Shown in pieces: positions 26,110 through 33,583 of a DNA stretch of 40,513 nucleotides. The position numbers and the translations under genes were made by a program. Within the stretch, counting starts at the first letter, position 1, and the number at the start of each line of letters is the position of its first letter. The notes under the pieces are model-generated. The model was not told the origin of the DNA and searched no databases. It saw nothing but the letters and a program-made list of their open reading frames with translations. This DNA is from a virus (taxonomy: Duplodnaviria > Caudoviricetes). The DNA is taken from IMG/VR virus record IMGVR_UViG_3300027838_000014, positions 1-40,513 of that record, one strand, 5' to 3'.

Positions 26110-27544
26110 AGACCTGCTTCACCTCATTAAGATAGAGGAGGAACTGCTCAAGAGAAGGGAGAAGGACCTACTAGGTTCTATCTCTGCGAACGATAGGCAG
26201 CGTGACTTCATAAACGCAGACAGCAAGGAGACCATGCTCACTGGTGCTAACCAGGCGGGCAAGTCTACGGCTCTCATGATGAAGTTCACCTACCACATGA
26301 CGGGTCTGTATCCTTCATGGTATACGGGCGTGCGCTTCGACAAGCCGATCCAGGCTGCGCTAGGAGGAGAGACTGCGCAATCAACACGTGACTTGTTAGT
26401 CAACCGTCTCATTGGCCCACCAGAAGACAGGGGTGCTGGCTACTTCCCAAAGGGATCATTTGATCCAGAAAAGGACGTCACCCGCATGACTGGCGGTGTG
26501 GCTAATCAGATCGACTACTTCAGGGTCAAGCACTTTGACGCTGACGGTGACTTCGACGGATACAGCAAGGCCTATGTGTTTTCTTACTCTACGGGGTGGC
26601 GCAGACTCCAGGGCTACTCACTAGACTTGGTAGCGATTGACGAGGAACCTGAAATGATGGTCTACGAGGAACTGTCTGCACGTACGAATGCTACTGGTGG
26701 ATACGTAGACATTGCAATGACTCCCCTGCGGGGTGAGACTGAACTGTACTTAGTGTTCGAGGCTGCCACGGGCGATATCAAGCGACTGATCAACTACGAC
26801 ATAACTAAGGCTACGCACATGGCTGTGGAGCAGCGTAACCACTTGTTGAAGAAGTATGAGAACAACCCATTCGCAGAGGCACGTCTGTACGGAAGGCCTG
26901 TCGCTAGTCAGGGGTTGATTTACAATGTGCCGCACGAGGTGATTACCACTGCGGACTTCCAGGTGGGCACCTACCACAAGCAGATCATAGGGATAGACCT
27001 TGCGCACACTACGGGTAAGTGGGCTGCTGTAAAGTTATCGAGCGACCCGAACTCTGGCATTACCTACGTGGTTCAGGACTTCAAGTCTGAAAGGATGTCC
27101 GTCGCTGATTTTGCTAGTCGTTTGATAGGGATGGGTGGACGTGAGATCCCTGTGGCGTGGCCCCATGACGCAATGAGGGAGACCTCGTCTGGTACAGTTG
27201 TATCACAACTGAGGAAGTTGGGTGTCAATGTTCTTCCGGAGGCTGCTCATATGATAGACCCCATGACGGGGACTAAGACTCGTGCCTTAATGAGCGTAAT
27301 AGAGAAGGCCTTGGACATGATGAATCAGGGCAACCTTTTATTCATGTTACGTGGAACTAAGGAGATCCTGACAGAGATGCGGAGATATAGGCATAAAAGT
27401 GGGAAAATAGTTCCAAGGCAGGAAGATCATTGCATTGACTCCTTGCACAAGGCGGTTATGATGCTACACCTAGCGAAGCCAGGGAATGCGAGGGCGCAGA
27501 TGCGATCCTTCAGGCTACCTGAGCAGGACTTCTTTGGAGGTTAG
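26099..27544 (+). CDS. terL: Terminase large subunit
   Basis: Walker A GANQAGKS, Walker B VAIDEEP, MTP motif, nuclease GIDLA, AWPHD and DHCIDS. Confidence 0.95.
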   Translation: MENEDLLHLIKIEEELLKRREKDLLGSISANDRQRDFINADSKETMLTGANQAGKSTALMMKFTYHMTGLYPSWYTGVRFDKPIQAALGGETAQSTRDLLVNRLIGPPEDRGAGYFPKGSFDPEKDVTRMTGGVANQIDYFRVKHFDADGDFDGYSKAYVFSYSTGWRRLQGYSLDLVAIDEEPEMMVYEELSARTNATGGYVDIAMTPLRGETELYLVFEAATGDIKRLINYDITKATHMAVEQRNHLLKKYENNPFAEARLYGRPVASQGLIYNVPHEVITTADFQVGTYHKQIIGIDLAHTTGKWAAVKLSSDPNSGITYVVQDFKSERMSVADFASRLIGMGGREIPVAWPHDAMRETSSGTVVSQLRKLGVNVLPEAAHMIDPMTGTKTRALMSVIEKALDMMNQGNLLFMLRGTKEILTEMRRYRHKSGKIVPRQEDHCIDSLHKAVMMLHLAKPGNARAQMRSFRLPEQDFFGG

Positions 27545-27545
27545 A

Positions 27546-29144
27546 TTGACCGAAGTACAAGAACTGTTAGCCAGGTTGAGCACAATGAAGTCTAGTCGGG
27601 CGAACCACGAGAACGCTTGGCAGGACATATCGAACTATATGATGCCCTTTAGGGGCGACATAACAACCAAGAAGGCTAAGGGCTCGCAGAGGGTCCACCC
27701 GGTATTTGACTCTACTGCCATGATTGCCGCAGATCAGTTAGTCAACTTCATGAAGGGTTCATTGCTACCACCGTCGCAGGACTGGTTGAGGCTTGTTCCC
27801 CCATACGACTTCACGCACGACGACGTTGCCAAGAAGACTTTAGACATTACGGCTCAGCGAGTGCTCGCTCAACTGGCGGACAGTAACTTCTATAGCGAGG
27901 CTACGTCTGTGTTGAGGGATCTGATTGTTCTGGGCAACGGTACTCTAATGATCGAGGAGGACACGTTAAGTCCTAACTCCAACAACGGTATAACCTTCGA
28001 GTCCGTTCCTATAGGTCAGATGTGGTGGTCTCAGGGTAAGGGTGGTCGTGTCATAATGGTCGCCCGCAGGTACCAGATGCCTGCTATTGACGCAGCCCGT
28101 TTCTTCAAGGACCCAGGACCAGACGCATTGCAGAACCTTTCCCAGGGTAAGCAAATGGAACTTGTTGATTACTATCAGTTTGTGTTCGAGAACGAGAACC
28201 GGGTGTTTGGTGGCCTACCTGCAAAAACAACCAAGAAATATCGGAGTCTTTATGTCAGCGAGACGGGAGGCGGTCGTATACTTAAAGAGGAAGGCTATGA
28301 CATTCCTCCATTCGTCGTGAGTAGGCTTCACCGTGTAGACGGCGAGGAGTACGGTCGTGGGCGTGGACACTTGGCCCGTGCGGACGCTAGAGGGCTAAGC
28401 GAACTAAGGAGACAAATACTTATTGCCGCAGGCAAGGATCTCAACCCGCCCCTAATGGTTGAAGACGACAGTATGGTTGACATGGACCTGACCAGCGGGG
28501 GTATGCTAGTAACACGACCACCCGTAAAGATATCCCCGAACTACCTCCGCAGTGGCGCTGACTACGCTGCTGCCGACAAGATCGCCAGAGACGACCGTGA
28601 CCAGATCCGACAAGCGTTCCTCTCCGACGTTCTTGCTGAACCTGCCAGTCAGCCCCGTTCTGCTGAAGAGTCCAGGCAGCGGCAGGCTAGGAGCCTTCAG
28701 AGACTTGCGTCCGCCGCCGATATCATTAACGACGAGTTCCTTGGTCCAACAGTCCAGTCTGTGATTGGTATCATGGCGAGGAATGGTAAACTCCCCGAAG
28801 CGGAGGCTATGGCTTCTGCGGTAGGAGGCGAGGTTCAGGCGGTGGTGCGATTTGCTTCCCCCTTCTTCTCTGCACAGAAGCAGGAATCGGCTGGACGGGT
28901 TATGTCGTTCTTGGAGCGCAGGCTTGCATTGTTCCAGGCGACACAGGATCCTGCATATATCGAGGACATTGACCCGGACCGCTTACGCTCCTTTGATAGT
29001 AGGATGTCGGACGTTCCGGCGGAAATCTTTAGGAGTCAAGAGGAGATAGACGAGATCAGGCAGGCACGTGCTGAACGTTCTGCCCAAGAGCGTATGCAGC
29101 AAATGGAACAGGACTCACCGCAACAAGGGGGACAGGGTGGATAA
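27546..29144 (+). CDS. Portal (head-to-tail connector), T7 gp8/BPP-1 type
   Basis: W......P.R, VFDSTA, SNFY, GNG, GEEYGRG and NPPLMV motifs. TTG start after GGAGG. Confidence 0.93.
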   Translation: MTEVQELLARLSTMKSSRANHENAWQDISNYMMPFRGDITTKKAKGSQRVHPVFDSTAMIAADQLVNFMKGSLLPPSQDWLRLVPPYDFTHDDVAKKTLDITAQRVLAQLADSNFYSEATSVLRDLIVLGNGTLMIEEDTLSPNSNNGITFESVPIGQMWWSQGKGGRVIMVARRYQMPAIDAARFFKDPGPDALQNLSQGKQMELVDYYQFVFENENRVFGGLPAKTTKKYRSLYVSETGGGRILKEEGYDIPPFVVSRLHRVDGEEYGRGRGHLARADARGLSELRRQILIAAGKDLNPPLMVEDDSMVDMDLTSGGMLVTRPPVKISPNYLRSGADYAAADKIARDDRDQIRQAFLSDVLAEPASQPRSAEESRQRQARSLQRLASAADIINDEFLGPTVQSVIGIMARNGKLPEAEAMASAVGGEVQAVVRFASPFFSAQKQESAGRVMSFLERRLALFQATQDPAYIEDIDPDRLRSFDSRMSDVPAEIFRSQEEIDEIRQARAERSAQERMQQMEQDSPQQGGQGG

Positions 29145-30024
29145 GTTTGACGCTCTCATAGGCGCTCGCTCCGGCTTCAAGGGTCAGGAGTTAGTGGACT
29201 TCAATAAGGGTGCCAAGGAGGCTGCGGCCAAGGGTGCTTTGTCTGGCTCGGTGACAGCAAGTTATCTAGCGCCTCTACCATTGAATGTCGCATACAAGGC
29301 AACGAGAGTGGCGTTCCTTGGTTTAAAGAACTGGAAAGTGGCGAGAGGCGCCAAGGTGATTGGGGACGCAGCGGCGGCACAGAGCAGACTAAGCAACCCC
29401 AAAATGCACAAGGTTATTAGTGTTGCGGGAAAATCCTTAGCAAGGTTTGGGAAATTTATGGAACGAATGACTAAGGCTGGACGCAATGCAAATGGTCTCC
29501 CTAGAGGATCAGGTCCACCTAGAGATCTCCGCCATCGAGTAACCCAAATGGTAAGCGAAACAGCAACCAGACTCTTGACTGCTCCAAAGCCGTTCGCAAT
29601 CTTTCGTCCAGGAACCACAGGCGGAAGAACTCTGCAATCGGCCACCCAGTTCCATAATAAGGCGAGGTGGGGGCAGAAAATGCCCACTGTACGAGTGATC
29701 CCTCAGGGCACCGATCAGGTCGGAATGCTGGTCGCCAGCATTATGGGTAAGTCAGATAACCATTTTAAAAGGACCAGGGCGGGGCTAGGTGTACTGGACA
29801 AACTATACTATGGGGCTGCCAGGAAAGTCGGGACGTCTGCTCCTGTTCTTTTCGGTAGGGTCCAGTTAATGCGAGAACACGTTTCCAATAACACGGCTAT
29901 TGGTGAGATGAATAATAGAAGCCCTCGTCCCGTTTCCCGAGCGTATTCTACCCAGCCCCCGTGGTATGACAAGCATATCCCAAATCCAGGCTGGGGATGG
30001 AGAGAGAAGAATGTTACTAAATGA
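29137..30024 (+). CDS. Basic hypothetical protein inserted between portal and Bbp19-like gene
   Basis: Long K/R/A/G-rich ORF overlapping both neighbours. Probable GTG start at 29137. Confidence 0.65.
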   Translation: MDKFDALIGARSGFKGQELVDFNKGAKEAAAKGALSGSVTASYLAPLPLNVAYKATRVAFLGLKNWKVARGAKVIGDAAAAQSRLSNPKMHKVISVAGKSLARFGKFMERMTKAGRNANGLPRGSGPPRDLRHRVTQMVSETATRLLTAPKPFAIFRPGTTGGRTLQSATQFHNKARWGQKMPTVRVIPQGTDQVGMLVASIMGKSDNHFKRTRAGLGVLDKLYYGAARKVGTSAPVLFGRVQLMREHVSNNTAIGEMNNRSPRPVSRAYSTQPPWYDKHIPNPGWGWREKNVTK

Positions 30025-30271
30025 GGCATACCTTGCTGTATTTGATAACCCTGCTGGCGTGCGGGTTCTAAAGCACTTAGATTCCATGTTCGGCGCCAGG
30101 GACACGCTGGAGCCTGAAGAGTTGATAAACAAAAGCCATGAGTCTGAGGGGTCTTTGTCAAGAGTCCCTATAGACCCAGTTGCTATGGCTAAGAGGCAAG
30201 GATTGCGTTCTGCGTATTGGAAGATATGCGCCATGATAGAGAACGCTAGAAAAGAGAAGAGCAGTGGATAA
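30011..30271 (+). CDS. Bbp19-like small protein
   Basis: Y..VFDNPAGVRVLKHL...DP..MA..QG.RS motif, positioned before the scaffold gene. Confidence 0.75.
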   Translation: MLLNEAYLAVFDNPAGVRVLKHLDSMFGARDTLEPEELINKSHESEGSLSRVPIDPVAMAKRQGLRSAYWKICAMIENARKEKSSG

Positions 30272-31028
30272 TAGCGAGGACCCGGTGGCCGAAGATAAGA
30301 TCCTGGGCAAGTTTGATAACGTGGACTCTCTTGCTAGGAGTTACCAGGAGTTGCAGAGTCGTATGGGTAACTCTGTTCGTATCCCGAATAATGAATCGTC
30401 CTCTGAGGAGACAGCGGCGTTTTACCAGAAGATGGGAATGCCGGAATCTCCTGACGGTTACACAGTGGGTGAGGGTATGGAGGAGATGCTGGAGGGCTTC
30501 AAGCCCATGGCGCACTCTGCCAACCTAACGCAGCGACAGTTTGACCACTTTGCCAATGCACAGGGTGAGGCAGCAGCAGCGGCGGAAGAGTCACTGAAGG
30601 CTTCAGAGGGCCGACTGAAGGGTAAGTGGGGAGACAACTATGAGATGTCGCAGGGGGTAGCAGCGGGTGCGGTCGAAGCCCTTTCTGAACACAGTGAGAC
30701 TCTAGGGGCGGTGCTGGCTGGGGTTGACCTCCGTGACGAGGGATCTCATGAGTTATTTACAACCATCGGGCAACTGCTCATGGATGGCAACGCACCAACA
30801 CAAGGTCAAGGAGACAGCATGGCTGGAGAGACTGATGACATGGCTATTGCCATTCGTGTCCGGGAACTAATGAAGACGAAGGCGTTTTCTGACATACGGG
30901 ACCCTGAGCACGAGAAGACTAAGGTTGAGTACTATGAGAAGATCACCCAGTTGGTGAACCGTGGCTATGAGGGAGTGTCTGACGCTCGCCTCAAGCCGAA
31001 CCCGTTCAGGGGGGTGGGACTTGAGTAA
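30264..31028 (+). CDS. Capsid assembly scaffolding protein
   Basis: KF..VDSLARSY.ELQ..MG, FYQKMG.PESPDGY, L..KWGDNYE and DPEH motifs. Acidic, precedes the capsid gene. Confidence 0.85.
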   Translation: MDNSEDPVAEDKILGKFDNVDSLARSYQELQSRMGNSVRIPNNESSSEETAAFYQKMGMPESPDGYTVGEGMEEMLEGFKPMAHSANLTQRQFDHFANAQGEAAAAAEESLKASEGRLKGKWGDNYEMSQGVAAGAVEALSEHSETLGAVLAGVDLRDEGSHELFTTIGQLLMDGNAPTQGQGDSMAGETDDMAIAIRVRELMKTKAFSDIRDPEHEKTKVEYYEKITQLVNRGYEGVSDARLKPNPFRGVGLE

Positions 31029-31057
31029 CATTAGTGTTGGAAAACCTAAAGAGGTAC

Positions 31058-31086
31058 TTGACAAGGATAAGGACAAGAAGTAATCT
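31058..31086 (+). promoter_or_regulatory. Sigma70-like promoter upstream of the major capsid gene
   Basis: TTGACA-N17-TAATCT. Confidence 0.65.
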
Positions 31087-31225
31087 AGCAATGCTCCATA
31101 ACCTTCGGGCGGGGCTGGCACCAGGGAAGACTGGCGAGTAGGGTAAGCGTAGTTACCAAGGTAGGCCCATATGTTTGGACAACCTTCCGTAGCAAACTTA
31201 ATACTTTGTTTGGAGGAAATGTCTA

Positions 31226-32593
31226 ATGGCATACGTAGGATTTGGCACTGGTTCTTGGCCCGGCACCACAGGTGACGGCGTCGCTAACAGTGCATCTAAT
31301 AACTACACACAGTTGTTCAAGACCGCTTATGCGGACATGATTCGACTGAAGGCGCAGACCTTACATTCTGCTTTGTCTGATACCTGCATGCCCGAGGTAC
31401 TTCGTGGTGACCCCCTGATGCTTGACTCGTACAAGTCTGTAACCCTGACGACCCGTGACCGTGGTCAGCAGTACGGTGCCGACAGTACTGGCGGAGACAA
31501 GGCGTACAAGGAAACCGACAACGAGCGTAGAGAACTTCGTCCTGAGTTCCATGAGTTCGCTGAACTCTTTGATCCTCGTGACGAGCGTGCTCTCATGCGT
31601 GCGATCCAGCCTGACGGTGCTTATGTTGCCAACGTGGCAGCGGCGTTCAACCGCAAGAAGGACGAGGTTATCCTCAATGCCTTCAGGGGTCCCGTGACTG
31701 TCAATGGTACGGCTTTCGCAGACAGCACCACCGTTGCGTTGCATGCTTTCCGCAAGGACTGCGATCTCGCTTACGGTAGCACGACTGCGATTGCTGGCGG
31801 ACTGGCAGCGGGTTCTTCTACCGACCTGCTTGGTGGACCCGCCGATGCGAGTGCTCCCGATGATAACTCAGCGTCTGGCGACAACATCGGCGGAACTATT
31901 GGTGCAGCCGCAGCCGCTGTCCTTGCAGCAGAGACTTACACTGGCGGAGTGTTACCCGCCTTCTCCCTTACACAGGAGTTTGGTTGTCAGCAGATCGTCG
32001 AGGGTGACATTCAGACCATCGGCAGTACTGGCACTGGTGCAGGAATCGTTGGTACTGATGCGGCACAAGGGCTTCACATCAAGAAGTTGTTGACTGCCCT
32101 CAATGTTCTTCAGACGAACGGTGCTTGGCAGGGACAGCGCATTTACGTTGTGCTTCACCCGGATCAGGTAAATGACTTGATGCACGAAGTCCAGTACACC
32201 AGTTCAGACTACAACGCACTTCAGCCGCTCATGTACGGGCAACCTGTTCCGTTCCTGGGTTGTGAGTTCCGTGTCTGCAATCAGATTCCGCAAGAGACTG
32301 TTCTCTCCGGCGTTGGTGCTTCGGCTCTCCAGGATCCAGCCTCAGCCAATAACGCATACGCAACTCTGTCCTTCGAGACGGCCACGAACGGTCGTTACGT
32401 TTGGATGTACACGGAGGATGCGAACATCTTCGGCATGGGTGACGAAATGACGGTTCGATTCGACGAGATCCCAGACCGTGGGTACTCCTTGCAGTGTTAC
32501 CACGACTTCAGTCTTGGTGCCGTTCGCATGGACCCCAAGAAGATGGTTGCGATCCCCTGTCACAAGGGAACTGCCGCAGTAGCCATCGCCTAG
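31226..32593 (+). CDS. Major capsid protein (with low-complexity insertion)
   Basis: AAAFNRKKDEVI, VQYTSSDYN..QPL..G...FLG.EF and C-terminal GAVRMD..MV.I.C motifs. GGAGG RBS. Confidence 0.9.
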   Translation: MAYVGFGTGSWPGTTGDGVANSASNNYTQLFKTAYADMIRLKAQTLHSALSDTCMPEVLRGDPLMLDSYKSVTLTTRDRGQQYGADSTGGDKAYKETDNERRELRPEFHEFAELFDPRDERALMRAIQPDGAYVANVAAAFNRKKDEVILNAFRGPVTVNGTAFADSTTVALHAFRKDCDLAYGSTTAIAGGLAAGSSTDLLGGPADASAPDDNSASGDNIGGTIGAAAAAVLAAETYTGGVLPAFSLTQEFGCQQIVEGDIQTIGSTGTGAGIVGTDAAQGLHIKKLLTALNVLQTNGAWQGQRIYVVLHPDQVNDLMHEVQYTSSDYNALQPLMYGQPVPFLGCEFRVCNQIPQETVLSGVGASALQDPASANNAYATLSFETATNGRYVWMYTEDANIFGMGDEMTVRFDEIPDRGYSLQCYHDFSLGAVRMDPKKMVAIPCHKGTAAVAIA

Positions 32594-32594
32594 T

Positions 32595-33041
32595 TTGATT
32601 GAGGGGACCCTCGTGACAGGTAAGACACATTACTGGTCGCAAAAGTGCTTGTCACTGATCGGTGGTGCATCGGTCACGGGGGTCACTACGACATGGATTG
32701 CTCTTCTCACTGCGAACCCAACTGGGGACGGTGAGGCTGCAACGGATTGCCCGGGTCTAACCAGGACCCAGGTATACACGAGTGGCTCCACTGCTCCGTA
32801 CTGGTCGGCGGTGAAGTCAGAGGGTGACAAGAAGTTAATCGACAATGTAGGCACTGTGTCTTGGTTTGCCGGAACAGCCGAGAGTGGTTGGACGCAAGAG
32901 ATCATTGTGGGCATAGGTATTTACGATGCTGCTACAGTTGGCAATCTGCTATACTGGGAAGCACTTGACGCAAACATAACAATAGCGCCATTGGAGGAGT
33001 TAGCCTTCGGTACTGGCGCAATAAAAGTGAGGGAAGACTAA
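32595..33041 (+). CDS. Small virion structural protein (head/tail fibre-associated family), paralogue 1
   Basis: WIALLTANPT and W....GIGIYDAATVGNLLYW motifs. Start uncertain (GTG 32613 possible). Confidence 0.65.
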   Translation: MIEGTLVTGKTHYWSQKCLSLIGGASVTGVTTTWIALLTANPTGDGEAATDCPGLTRTQVYTSGSTAPYWSAVKSEGDKKLIDNVGTVSWFAGTAESGWTQEIIVGIGIYDAATVGNLLYWEALDANITIAPLEELAFGTGAIKVRED

Positions 33042-33042
33042 T

Positions 33043-33552
33043 ATGGGACTAAGTAACTTAGGCGAGCAGGTTTCACTGAACAGACTGTTCTCTGCGGACC
33101 AAACCCCAACAGCAAGTACGGTACAGGAGGATATGGGTCCAATCGTGGCGTCCCCAAATACTGTAAAATACTTCATTCACTTGCATGCCGCCACGGCTAC
33201 ACCAGCGACCGCCCCAACCGAGTCCGACATGGGGACTACCTATACAGGGAGCGCCAACTCTCCTGGCGTGGTGTACGCAGCACAACAACTCACCTTCGAT
33301 CCGTTGACTGAGGCTACTGGTACTGCCACTAACGTTATTTCCCTAACCAGCACCGTGACGTTCACGACTTCCGCCGCATCCGACTGGCCTGTTATCGCCT
33401 ACTACTCGATCCATGCATGTGCAACGGCAGCAGCAGCGGCCACCGCCAATATGATCTTTTACGGCACCTTCGCCACTCCTGCTACTGTGGGCCTGGGAGA
33501 TACTGTGCAGATCGTTTCCGGTGGTACTGGACTTGCCATAGCCGCAGAGTAG
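33043..33552 (+). CDS. Small virion structural protein, paralogue 2
   Basis: YFIHLH..., YAAQQLTF, VTF....DW..IAYYSIH...NMIFYG..TV..GDTV show the same motif order as 32595-33041. Confidence 0.65.
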   Translation: MGLSNLGEQVSLNRLFSADQTPTASTVQEDMGPIVASPNTVKYFIHLHAATATPATAPTESDMGTTYTGSANSPGVVYAAQQLTFDPLTEATGTATNVISLTSTVTFTTSAASDWPVIAYYSIHACATAAAAATANMIFYGTFATPATVGLGDTVQIVSGGTGLAIAAE

Positions 33553-33583
33553 ACCTCTTGTGGTTGCATAAGGAGGTCGAGGG

